From: Octopus vulgaris
Lineage: Eukaryota
Reading direction: 5' to 3'
NCBI GenBank assembly: GCA_951406725.2
Contig: OX597834.1
Location: 11,160,001 to 11,224,000, forward strand
DNA: 64,000 bases
The notes under the pieces were generated by a model that was given only the letters and a program-made list of their open reading frames with translations, was not told where the DNA came from and ran no database searches. The position numbers and the translations under genes were made by a program. Below, piece after piece: positions 15,375-27,010 of this stretch (position 1 is its first letter; each line of letters begins with the position of its first letter).

Positions 15375-16178
15375 TAGGGAATAAATCCAAACTTACAGGG
15401 AAAAATCAGATTTAGGATTAAATCCAATTTTATAGTATAAATATATTATATTATATTAAATTAGAGATAAAACTCTTTATCTTTTATTAAACTTTTAATA
15501 CTTTTGATATATATTTAAAATAATATAAATTAATTAATTTTATGTATTGGCTTATGTTTTTCATTGTTTGATTTGCCTAATAGCGGTTTTATCTCTAATT
15601 TAATATTATATATATATATATGCAACTATGCATACATATATATGTATGTGTGTATGTATAAATCATATATACATACAGAGAGAGAGAGAGAGAGAGAGAT
15701 AAAAACATCTGGTGCATGAAATAGTGCATAAAAGACTATATACACCCATGTAGTTGTCATTATTTAGGCAATGCTATCTTTCTGTGGATTGTTAGAATAG
15801 TGGTTCCGGTTCTTTTGGTATTATTTTTTGTTCCGTTTTGAATGTTATATTCTAATAAATTATTCATTGGACTTACGAAAATGTTGATTTTTCTCTCCAT
15901 AGTTTGTTAACAAAGGGAATACTTTGAATTTTCTCTTCCCTGCATTGTTCGAAGTGATCATTGTAATTCGTGTTTCTAACAGAGGTGGGGTCACATATTT
16001 GCCGTTTATGTACTCTTACTCGCTTAGATATTCCAATGTTCGTTTGACCAATGTAGTATTATTTGCATTCGGGGCATTTGGCACAGTAAATTAGGTTTCT
16101 GTATTTGCAATTCATATCTTCATTTATTTTTAAAATGTTGCTCTCTTGAAAAGTAATTTATTCTCCTTCCTCAGTATA

Positions 16179-16350
16179 GGCACAGGAGTGGCTGTGTGGT
16201 AAGTAGCTTGCTAACCAGCCACATGGTTCCGGGTTCAGTCCTACTGCGTGGCATCTTGGGCAAGTGTCTTCTGCTATAGCCCCGGGCCGACCAATGCCTT
16301 GTGAGTGGATTTGGTAGACGTAAACTGAAAGAAGCCTTGTCGTATATATG

Positions 16351-16423
<73 letters not shown>

Positions 16424-16609
16424 TTGTGTGTCTGTGTTTGTCCCCCTAACATTGCTTGACAACTGATGCTGGTGTGTTTACGTGCCCGTCACTTAGCGGT
16501 TTGGCAAAAGAGACCGATAGAATAAGTACTGGGCTTACAAAGAATAAGTCCCGGGGTGCTCCTGCATGGCCGCAGTCAAATGACTGAAACAAATAAAAGA
16601 GTAAAAGAG
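16179..16609 (+). mobile_element. SINE A inserted in the Penelope relic
   Basis: Near full length; short TSD AGTATA. Confidence 0.9.
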
Positions 16610-16838
16610 TATACTCACATGTTTCACAACGAGGGTCACCACATTTTTGAACTCTCTTTTTTGTTTCTATAGTTGTAAATCTAGTTTGACATAAGAAATT
16701 TTTTAGGTTGGGTACTTGTTGTCTGTTATAAATTACTTTTGAATGTGTTATTAGCTTGTTCATTTTTGATGATTATGTCAGAACTGGGAGATATTTTTTG
16801 CAATATTGATGAAGTCAATATTTCTTTTCTTTTCTTGT

Positions 16839-17224
16839 GTGGAGGCGCAATGGCCCAGTAGTTAGGGCAGCGGACTCGCGGTCATAGGATCGCGGTTTCG
16901 ATTCCCAGACCGGGTGTTGTGAGTGTTTATTGAGCGAAAACACCTAAAAGCTCCACGACGCTCCGGCAGGGGATGGTGGTGATCCCTGCTGTACTCTTTC
17001 ACCTCCACTTTCTCTCACTCTTACTTCCTGTTTCTGTTGTACCTGTATTTCAAAGGGCCGGCCTTGTCACTCTCTGTGTCACGCTGAATATCCCCGAGAA
17101 CTACGTTAAGAATGCACGTGTCTGTGGAGTGCTCAGCCACTTACACGTTAATTTCACGAGCAGGCTGTTTCGTTGATTCGGATCAACCGGAACCCTCATC
17201 GTCGTAACCGACGGAGTGCTTCCA
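16839..17224 (+). mobile_element. SINE B, tail type 2
   Basis: B head plus tail ending GTCGTAACCGACGGAGTGCTTCCA. Confidence 0.9.
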
Positions 17225-17756
17225 TCAATCCATAACAAAAGGAATGCCTATGAGTTCATTTTTACTTTGTGTTTGTTTTCCTTTGAGATCTGTAATAGCG
17301 TTAATTTTTGTTTTGGTGAATATACATATATACATACAAATATATATACACACACAAACACCATACCATGTGTGAATAGGTGACCTCGAATCAGTAGAGA
17401 CTCCATCGCTCATCTTTTTACAATTCACAACAAAATTGATCACTTTAAAATATTCCATTTCTTTATTCTTAATAGACTTATCATTCATTCACCCTCCGGT
17501 TTTAATTACTATTAGTCTTATCTTTATTCTTAGCCTTATTTTTATCGCGCAGTTGGATTGAACCCGAAACCACATGGTTGCAAATCAAGCTTCTTAACCA
17601 GAAAGCCATGCCTGACACTAAACATCTTGTTTTATATGATTCGGTGTATAATTATAAATATATGTTGGTTATTTTCGCAATATGAGTTTGACATATTACA
17701 CAAATGTGAGTGAGAACACTATGAGATATTTTTGGTATCTAACATATGTCAGATAC

Positions 17757-18055
17757 TGCGAGCGCTGCTTCTGATTGGTCAATCCATGGTGAGGACCCGA
17801 GGTCACGGTGACAGCGCTTCTTCTGATTGGTCAATTCATGGTGATGACCCGAGGTCACGGTGACGGCACTCCTTTTGTCATTCATAAGTTACAACTAAAC
17901 GTGAAGAATTTAGTTATTGGGTTAATAACATATGGTCGTTTATTCGTGTGTAATAAATAAAATACCAAACTCATTCCCTATGGATACCGTATTTATTATA
18001 ACTCGTGGCTTGTAATAAATACGGTATCCATAGGGAACTCGTTTGGTATTCTCTC
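17757..18055. mobile_element. Putative non-autonomous Crypton-like element end
   Basis: Two ~52-bp tandem units containing CTGATTGGTC, then a long hairpin AATACCAAAC..CCCTATGGATACCGTATTTATTA / TAATAAATACGGTATCCATAGGG..GTTTGGTATT (17962-18050). Family assignment is from recalled resemblance only. Confidence 0.5.
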
Positions 18056-18366
18056 TTTCTTACATGTACCATTTAGCTGAGACATGATATCCATTAACTG
18101 GGTCATCACTGAAAATTGTGACTCTTATTATTGAGGTGGCTTTCATAGTTGAATAACGTCATTTGAGTTCATTCAATCAAGTGCGCACCATTATATATCT
18201 ACTCTGCATACCTTTGCTATTTCGGTATTTGTTGGGTTAAGGACAATCAATGGAATTTTGAGTTATCAGAGACGTTATCTAAATGGTATGATATCTATGA
18301 CTGTTTTAGCTCATCTGCAGAAAGTACATTTATAATATATATATATATGTATATATATATAACTTA

Positions 18367-18369
<3 letters not shown>

Positions 18370-18404
<35 letters not shown>

Positions 18405-18768
18405 GGCAGTTTGTCTGTGTGTGTTTCTGTGTGTCTGTTTGGTTGTACCCTCACTCTGACCACGGCTTTCAACCGATTCTAATGAAACTTGACACACACA
18501 TAGCCCAATGTCATAATTCAAATCTAACGCAGCGAAAATTTTGAAAAGTTCCCCCAGTTCTGAAAAAATCGATAAATTCGACATGGGGTCGAGAATCAGA
18601 AACACAAACCACAGACTGTCTAGGGGACGCAATCCACCTTTTTAACTCTCAAAAAAATTTACCATCATTTTTTTCCCATTTTTTTGCTGTATTTTGGCTA
18701 TAACTCTCTAAAAATGCTTTATAGTTATTTCCCTTACAAACCCGAGCAACGCCGGGCGATACTGCTAG
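18370..18768 (+). mobile_element. Non-autonomous Helitron
   Basis: 3' hairpin CCCGAGCAACGCCGGG followed by CTAG|T; 5' end lost in (TA)n. Confidence 0.8.
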
Positions 18769-18955
18769 TATATATATATATATGTATGTATGTGTATGTA
18801 TATGTATGTATGTGTATGTATATGTATGTATGTGTATGTATATGTATGTATGTGTATGTATATGTATGTATGTGTATGTATATATATGTATGTATTTATA
18901 TATATGTATGTATGTATGTTTGTATGCATATGTATGTATGTATGTATGTATATAT
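18769..18955. repeat. (TATG)n microsatellite
   Basis: Direct inspection. Confidence 0.95.
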
Positions 18956-19437
18956 TATTGTATCAAGCAGAGCAGTATAGGTTCTTAGAGCATAAGTGTA
19001 TCATTATAATTTGTTTATGAATATAATTGCTAGTTTTATCCAAATTTAAAAATAATAGAAAACATGTAATAACGAAAAAGAAGGAAGCTAATGATTGATA
19101 TAGACAGAACGGGTCGAAATGTAAATAGGAAATTGCCCTGCTTGGATTTGAGTACAGAAATCCCAATGGAGTCGTGGGAACAGTGTCATGACATAAGACG
19201 GTCTTAAATATATAAATCTGGTTGAGCGAATGTCGCTCCAGCCCTGACTGCAGCGAAGGACTAACAGAATGAAAGACGGAATAAGAACATTTATCATCGT
19301 ACTTTTATTTTGGTTTCAATAAAGAATAAAGGAGGGAAAACGTGCATTCGCAGGACTTAGCCAAGGAAAGCAGAGACTCAGTCAATTAACACACTATCAT
19401 TATAAGCATAATTAGTGTACATATGTATATTAAACAT

Positions 19438-19627
19438 ATACCACCTCTCGGCCTTTTGGCTAAGATCAAAGTGTAGTATCTGTTCTTATGAGCTTAATAT
19501 CTGATACGGTCCCTATTTAGGGCCATCGATATTAAATTGATTTTGAGAACGAGGCGAAGTATTAGGGGCTTGTTCAGCCTTTGCCACGTGTTGGCCTGGT
19601 ATTGCAGTGATTCCAGGATTCAGCCCA
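19438..19627 (+). ncRNA. U2: U2 spliceosomal snRNA, full-length copy (variant or pseudogene)
   Basis: CTCGGCCTTTTGGCTAAGATCAAAGTGTAGTATCTGTTCTTAT..TAATATCTGATACG; branch-recognition GTAGTA intact; Sm-like ATTTTG; stem-loop IV CCTGGTATTGCAG...CCAGG; ~190 nt. Confidence 0.93.
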
Positions 19628-19718
19628 TATAAGAGAAAAAATGGTGGTGCTCCAAAATGGGCGCAGTCAAATAGCTGAAACAAATAAAAGATTAGTGAGA
19701 TGACTAGAATGACTCAAA

Positions 19719-20110
19719 TCTTTATATATAAAAGTGAAGTTGTGCGTCTGTCTCCTATGATTTAGATTCCTAACTACTCCCACATTTTGCGGTGCAGTTT
19801 AACCAAAACCGGGTATCTTATAGTTGTGATTCATATCGAGCCCTTCTGGGTATTAGCGCGTGTCTACGATGAGTCTACGATTAAAAAAAATTTACCATCA
19901 ATTTTTCCCATTTTTAATGCATTTTTGGCATATATAAGGGAAGTAACTCTCTAAAAATGTATTATTAAATCTCAGAACGTAAAAAGCTACAGTAACACCC
20001 CCGCCTTTGTGGTTAGCCATATTGAGATGGCTATTATACTTTACATCTCTAAAAATGCTTATATAGTTATTTCCCTTTCAAACCCGAGCAACGCCTGGCG
20101 ATACTGCTAG
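19719..20110 (+). mobile_element. Non-autonomous Helitron
   Basis: A|TC start, subterminal hairpin, CTAG|T end, no TSD; homologous to the 30635 and 45916 copies. Confidence 0.88.
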
Positions 20111-20475
20111 TAAATATATAAAAGGAAAGTAAACACCATATGTCAATAGCTTAGGTATTTAATGTCTCAACGTTTGTCTTAAGAAACTTAAGGTGATTTT
20201 CGGCTCTCGACGTGAAATACTGTTCGCATTATCAACCTTAGACAACCTTAAGATGATTTCCGTTTCGTCTCCGTCAAACAGATAATTGATATATTTTCAT
20301 ATGCTTTTTAACTTTCTTTGGATACTACCTTACTTTTAGTGGTGTTTATATCATGTACTCGTTCAAATTATAATAAAATATACTGATTCTCCATATAATT
20401 CGTGTAAAGGCATGAGAGTAATGACCAAATATGCTGGAAACCATACCAAAACGTCTACTAATACAAATCTATATC

Positions 20476-20707
20476 ATACTCTTTTACTCTTTACCCTTTT
20501 ACTTGTTTCAGTCATTTGACTGCGGCCATGCTGGAGCATCGCCTTTAGTCGAGCAAATCGACCCCGGGACTTATTCTTTGTAAGCCCAGTACTTATTCTA
20601 TCGGTCTCTTTTGCCGAACCGCTAAGTGACGGGGACGTAAACACACCAGCATCGGTTGTCAAACGAATGCTAGGGGGACAAACACAGACACACAAACACA
20701 TACACAG

Positions 20708-20802
<95 letters not shown>

Positions 20803-20967
20803 TACGACAGGCTTCTTTCAGTTTCCGTCTACCAAATCCACTCACAAGGCATTGGTTGGCCCGGGGCTATAGCAGAAGACACTTGCCCAAGATGCCACGC
20901 AGTGGGACTGAACCCGGAACCATGTGGCTGGTTAGCAAGCTACTTACCACACAGCCACTCCTGCGCC
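20476..20967 (-). mobile_element. SINE A, full length
   Basis: Complete head, microsatellite and tail. Confidence 0.92.
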
Positions 20968-21432
20968 CGTATACGAATTTTTATTTATCGTCATCAGTAT
21001 GTGCTCACGAGATCCATGTTAATGTAGACAAGAGACAGATGATGCAACCAGAGCAACGAGATTTACTCCATTGCCAATTGTAAAGTGCGGGTTGTATTCT
21101 TTTGCAGAAATGACGTTTGGCAATTATTTCTTCAAAATGAATCGGTAATTCCCAACTACGGTTGGTTCATTTCCTGATTTTGTTACAAGCGCTGTATTTT
21201 ACGGCCGGGACCAGACAGGGTCGTTAGCACACCAGACAAAATCGGCATTTAATCCATCGAGCTGTACAGAAAACAATTGACTTGATGTAAGATAACCGAC
21301 TGTAATTTCGAAATCAGAATGCTGGTTTTAGTCTAAATGATATGTAACAGAAACTCAACAGAAATTATGTTCAAAATTGCACCCCTGTGTATTGTAAGGT
21401 GGTGCGCTGGCAGAATCGTCAACATGTAGAAT

Positions 21433-21820
21433 AGAATAGGAGCACTCCGTCGGTTGCGACGATGAGGGTCCCAGCTGATACGATCAACGGAACAGCCTGC
21501 TCGTGGAATTAAAGTGCAAGTGGCTGAGCATTCCACAGACAGGTGTACCCTTAACGTAGTTCTCGGGGATATTCAGCGTGACACAGAGAGTGACAAGGCC
21601 GACCCCTTGAAATACAGGTACAACAGAAAAAGGAAGTAAGAGTGATAGAAAGTTGTGGTGAAAGAGTACAGCAGGGATCACCACCATCCCCTGTCGGAGC
21701 CTCGTGGAGCTTTAGGTGTTTTTGCTCAATAAACACTCACAACGCCCGGTCTGGGAATCGAAACCGCGATCCTATGACCGCGAGTCCGCTACCCTAACCA
21801 CTGGGCCATTGCACCTCCAC
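21433..21820 (-). mobile_element. SINE B, tail type 2, flanked by 223-bp direct repeats
   Basis: Reverse complement of the 16839 copy; flanks 21210-21432 and 21825-22047 are duplicated. Confidence 0.9.
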
Positions 21821-22062
21821 CGTCACCAGACAGGGTCGTTAGCACACCAGACAAAATCGGCATTTAATCCATCGAGCTGTACAGAAAACAATTGACTTGA
21901 TGTAAGAAAACCGACTGTAATTTCGAAATCAGAATACTGGTTTTAGTCTAAATGATATGTAACAGAAACTCAACAGAAATTATGTTCAAAATTGCACTCC
22001 TGTGTATAGTAAGGTGGTGAGCCGACAGAATCATCAACATGTAGAATGGCTGTGTAATAAGT

Positions 22063-23072
22063 AGGAGTGGCTGTGTGGTAAGTAGCTTGCTTACGAGTCA
22101 CATGGTTCCGGATTCAGTCCCGCTGCGTGGCACCTTCGGCAATTGTCTTCTACTATAGCCTCGGGCTGACCAAAGCCTCGTGAGTGGATTTGGTAGACGG
22201 AAACTGATAGAAGCCCGTCGTATATATGTATATATATATATAAGTATAATAAAAAAAGGGTAATAACATAGATTACTACCAGTGGCCCAGCACAAAGGAG
22301 GAATTAGTCATTAGATAAAATATTATTCATATAGAAATATAATTAAGGGCTCCTAAATAAGGATGCCAAGTACTAGGGACCCAAAAAAGGAATAAATTTA
22401 TCGAGAGTGAAAATCAAAAACATTTACCAATAACGATACATTCCGGACTGATCAGTTTCTACCTCTTTCTAGCAAAACAGACAGAATATGTTTGCTAAGG
22501 CCGGTTTCATCAGCGAGAATCCTGAGTTAAATCGAGATGCGCAGCGCGTTAGACCATGTGTTGATCTAACTTGCATACATATATTGTAAGTTTAGAAGGG
22601 CATCGTTCTAGGAGAGGGTAACTGAGGTAACTGGGATAACTCCGACATAAAACCTGCGGCTCAGTGATTACCGATGATGTTGACTTGCTCTTCTTTTCGG
22701 ATTATGGCTGCTGTTGCTTAGTGAGTGAGATTGACTCAGTGCACAGCCTTTCCTCACTTTAAAAATATCGTCTTGCACAGGCATTGCACGATAACAACAT
22801 TGATCAAGCTTCGTGCGATGGCCACACTCGATAACGAGGGGGCAGCCACCATATATATATATATATGTGTGTGCATATGTTTGTGTGTCTGTGTTTTTTT
22901 CACCCCCAACCGATGCTGGTATATTTCCATTCCCGTTACTTAGCGGTTCGGCGAAAGAGACCAATAGAATTAGAACTAGGCTTACAAAGAATAGGTCCTG
23001 GGGTCGATTTGCTCGACTAAAGGAGGTGCTCGAGCATGGCCACAGTCAAATTACTGAAACTAGTAAAAGAGT
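22063..23072 (+). mobile_element. SINE A split by a ~610-bp insertion in its internal (TA)n
   Basis: 5' half 22063-22240; 3' half resumes at 22851. Confidence 0.85.
22440..22520 (-). ncRNA. Type I hammerhead ribozyme motif (Penelope-type)
   Basis: Minus strand AUUC(U)CG-CUGAUGA-AACC..UAGCAAA/UUUGCUA..GGUA-GAAAC-UGAUCA-GUC-CGGAAU; palindromic stem III; A.A at the base of stem II is non-canonical. Confidence 0.7.
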
Positions 23073-23214
23073 ACGTCAAATTTCCTTGCTGCATTTTTGT
23101 GTATATTTAGGTTCTGAATTAAAATTCCGTCGAGTTTTGCCTTTCATCCTTCATCCCTGGGGTCGATATAATATTCTAGCTCCTTCCCAAAAGACTTCAG
23201 GTAATGTGTGTATA

Positions 23215-23594
23215 GGCGCAGGAGTGGCTGTGTGGTAAGTAGCTTGCTAACCAACCACATGGTTCCGGGTTCAGTCCCACTGCGTGGCATCTTGGGCAAG
23301 TGTCTTCTGCTATAGCATCCGGCCGACCAATGCCTTGTGAGTGGATTTGGTAGACGGAGACTGAAAGAAGCCTGTCTGTATATGTATATATATGTATATG
23401 TATGTGTTTGTGTGTCTGTGTTTGTACCCCTAGCATTGCTTGACAACCGATGCTGGTGTGTTTACGTCCCCGTCACTTAGCGGTTCGGCAAAATAAGTAC
23501 TGGGCTTATAAAGAATAAGTCCCGGGTTCGATTTGCTCGACTAAAGGCGGTGCTCCAGCATGGCCGCAGTCAAATGACTGAAACATGTAAAAGA
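23215..23594 (+). mobile_element. SINE A
   Basis: Full length; TSD-like TAATGTGTGT on both sides. Confidence 0.92.
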
Positions 23595-23968
23595 TTAATG
23601 TGTGTTTGGTAGATGTAGTTGAGCCGATTATGCACACGATTGCATTGACCATTTTACACGTTTTGGTTTTCGGTAATACAAACGTTTATGATTGTAACTA
23701 TCCATCTCCAAAATGTAGAGAGATATCATCACCAAGAACCTGTATATGGTCATGGTTAGCACAACAATGAACCCCATAATCTTCATTTATTCCCTTACAT
23801 TTTCCTTTCGTATTACTCTGATACGTCGATTGGTTGCATTTAGAAATTTCCCTGCGAAACAATCGTATAATGTAACATCTGTAATGTGTAACACTTACCA
23901 TATAGCTAAACGCAATGGTTCTTCCTAAAAACCTTAGAAGAACTATTTCATAAGTGGTACCTGCAATG

Positions 23969-24934
23969 AAGGCGGCGAGCTTGCAGAAACGTTAGCACGC
24001 CGGGCGAAATGCTTAGCGGTATTTCGTCTGCCGCTACGTTCTAAGTTCAAATTCCGTCGAGGTCGACTTTGTCTTTCATCCTTTCGGGGTCGATAAATTA
24101 AGTACCAGTTACGCACTGGGGTCGATGTAATTGACTTAATACCTATGTATGTCCTTGTTTGTCCCCTCTGTGTCTAGCCCCTTGTGGATAATAAAGAAAT
24201 GGGTATTTAGTCTGCGTTACGTTCTGAGTTCAAATTCCACCGAGGTTGACTTTGCCTTTCATCCTTTCGGGGTCGATAAATTTAGTACCAGTTACGCATT
24301 GGGGTCGATGTAATTGACTTAATACCGATGTCTGTCCTTGTTTGTCCCCTCTGTGTCTAGCCCCTTGTGGGTAATAAAGAAATGGGTATTTAGTCTGCGT
24401 TACGTTCTGAGTTCAAATTCCACAGAGGTCGACTTTGCCTTTCATCCTTTCGGGGTCGATAAATTTAGTACCAGTTACGCACTGGGGTCGATGTAATTGA
24501 CGTAATACCTATGTCTGTCCTTGTTTGTCCCCTCTGTGTCTAGCCCCTTGTGGATAATAATGAAATGGGTATTTCGTCTGCGTTACGTTCTGAGTTCAAA
24601 TTCCACAGAGGTCGACTTTGCCTTTCATCCTTTCGGGGTCGATAAATTTAGTACCAGTTACGCACTGGGGTCGATGTAATTGACGTAATACCTATGTCTG
24701 TCCTTGTTTGTCCCCTCTGTGTCTAGCTCCTTGTGGATAATAATGAAATGGGTATTTCGTCTGCGTTACGTTGTGAGTTCAAATTCCGCCGAGGTCGACT
24801 TTGCCTTTCATCCTTTCGGGGTCGATAAATTAAGTACAAGTTACGCACTGGGGTCGCGATGTAATCGACTTAATACCTATGTCTGTCCTTGTTTGTCCCC
24901 TCTGTGTTTAGCCCCTTGTGGGTAATAAAGAAAT
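23969..24934 (+). mobile_element. SINE C pentamer (one head + 5 x 183-bp units)
   Basis: TTCAAATTCC at 24046, 24229, 24412, 24595 and 24778; flanked by GGTA(C/T)CTGCAATG. Confidence 0.92.
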
Positions 24935-25936
24935 AGGTATCTGCAATGTCGAAACAGAATGGTTCATATTCTAAAAGAACAGTGCCTCTTGTGTGAAGTG
25001 TATTCTTACATCATGTTATTACATCCGAAGCTGTCTTTAGTTTTATGGCTTCAACTGCCGGCGGCAATTTTGTGTCATCTTATTTTTCTATCTCGATTTC
25101 CTTTGCGCGGATACTATCACAGAATTACACTCTCTACCAGAATTTACATGATATTTCTGCAGTGTATATGTTATTTTGTCCTTTTTCTGTTTTTCTTTTT
25201 GTTTTTTTTTTTTCACTTGTTTCGAAAACCTTTCAGCAAACATCTATACACATTGGCATTGACATCCTAAACTATGTTGAGAACTGTTTCATTATTCACG
25301 GTGTATTCAAAGATTCCTTTCATTTTGAATTTGTCTTTCTGTATCGTTGCTTATATTGTCCCAAGCAGTACCTGTTTTAAATGCACATTAAGTCACAAAA
25401 GATTGCTTTATTTTTTACTCTTTTTACCTTGTTTTGTTTCATGTAATATGAACCTTAATAAATATTGGCCATGTACTCCTTCGCACAAATAACTATTCTG
25501 TAATTGCATGAATTTCGTTTTATGTTGGTGTCTGAGTATTGATTGTAAATAGACCTATATATTTCACCCCATTGTTTGCGGGCAATAAATATAGTAATGT
25601 CTATTGCTAGATTTTTGAGCAACTTTATTCTATTCACATGTATCTGCCACGCTCTATTCAACATTGTCTACTTATAATAAAGATACGTTTAAACACATTA
25701 TTCTCCTGCGGTCTACGCGTTAAAACAAAAATAGCAAAGACGTTGAAAAAAATTTAGAAGTTTATTTCAAATAGGTTATACTATTTGCATGATATGCAAA
25801 ATTATTGAAATATGGAGATTCCTTGGGCTATATCGTGTTTGTTTCAATTAAATTTTAAATGGATTTTTTGAGTGGGAATTCTTATTTGTTTGACATTGCA
25901 GCAAAATATTATATTAATATTTTTGATAAGATGCTA

Positions 25937-26317
25937 GGCGCAGGAGTGGCTATGTGGTAAGTAGCTTGCTTACGAACCACATGGTTCCGGGTTCAGTCCC
26001 ACTGCGTGGCACCTTGGGCAAGTGTCTTCTACTTTAGCCTTGGTAGACGGAAACTGAAAGAAGCCTGTCGTATATATTTATATATATATATGCGTGTGTG
26101 TATTTGTGTGCCTGTGTTTGTCCCCCTACCATTGCTTGACAACTGATACTCGTGTGTTTACGTCCCCGTTACTTAGCGGTTCGGCAAAAGAGACCGATAG
26201 AATAAGTACTGGGCTTACAAAAGAATAAGTCCCGGGGTCGAGTTGCTCGATTAAAGACGGTGCTCCAGCGTGGCCGCAGTCTAATGACTGAAACAAGTAA
26301 AAGAGTAAAGAGAGAGT
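25937..26317 (+). mobile_element. SINE A
   Basis: Family match with a small internal deletion. Confidence 0.9.
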
Positions 26318-26334
26318 ATACTAACTCTCTATAT

Positions 26335-26580
26335 TGGTTTCAGATTTTGACACAAGGCCGGAAGTTTAGGGGGAGTGATTAAATCGATTACCTAGACCCC
26401 AGTACTCAACAGGTACTTTTTTTATCGACCACTCAAGACATGAAAATGGACGAATTGCCGCTGAGCATTTCGCTCAGTGTGCTGACGATTCTGCCATACG
26501 AAGGGATGAAATGCAAACTCGGCCTAGGTGAGACTTGAACTCAGAACGTGAGGACAGAGGAAACGCTGTAGAGCATTTTG
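26335..26580 (-). mobile_element. SINE C, diverged and rearranged
   Basis: GACCCCAGTACTCAAC..TTTATCGAC and GATGAAATGCAAACTCGGC motifs. Confidence 0.6.
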
Positions 26581-26842
26581 TCTCGACTCCTTATCAACTC
26601 TAAATTTTGGCAATATTCCAATCACAGTTTTTTTTTCTATTGAATCTTCTGCATTTTTGGAAATTGGTTTGTTTGAATATTTCTTCATTGGAGTTGACCC
26701 TTAATCGTAGTTGTTCAATTTCCATTTATTCAAGGACATGAGGTTCAAATCGGTCAGTGAAACTCTTCCACAAAATTCTAATTCTTTGGTAATAAAATGG
26801 ATTAGATAATGTTTTGCTCTATTATAATTTTGATAAGATGCT

Positions 26843-27010
26843 GGAGTGGTTGTGTGGTAAGTAGCTTGCTTACCAACCACATGGTTCCGGGTTCAGTCCC
26901 ACTGCGTGGCACCTTGGGCAAGTGTTTTCTACTTTAGCCTCGGGCCGACCAAAGCCTTGTGAGTGGATTTGGTAGACGGAAACTGAAAGAAGCCCGTTGT
27001 ATATATGTAT
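26843..27010 (+). mobile_element. SINE A, 5' half
   Basis: Head through to the internal TA tract. Confidence 0.85.

Larger units (their letters stand above)
15720..17500 (-). mobile_element. Penelope-like element relic (linker Cys motif + GIY-YIG endonuclease), interrupted by two SINEs
   Basis: Minus strand reads ...IPFV / RQQVPNLKNFLC...KCGDPRCETCEYT / EEGE*...NCKYRNLIYCAKCPECK*YYIGQT...KRVRVHKRQI; the frame rejoins after removing SINE A at 16179-16609; in-frame stops present. Confidence 0.85.

Noticed and set aside
16839-16912. tRNA gene-like sequences at SINE heads
   Set aside because: They continue into SINE bodies and have TSDs; no complete cloverleaf with terminator was seen.
20667-21083. 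Recurring peptide RRHLPKMPRSGTEPGTMWLV in many ORFs, resembling a gene family
   Set aside because: Antisense translation of SINE A.
23790-23930. Minus-strand micro-exon candidates with GTAAG donors
   Set aside because: Only a very short, unrecognisable peptide and a ~47-nt intron; not distinguishable from chance.
23969-24934. Possible CRISPR-like array
   Set aside because: Whole 183-bp units repeat with no unique spacers; they are SINE-derived and the context is eukaryotic.
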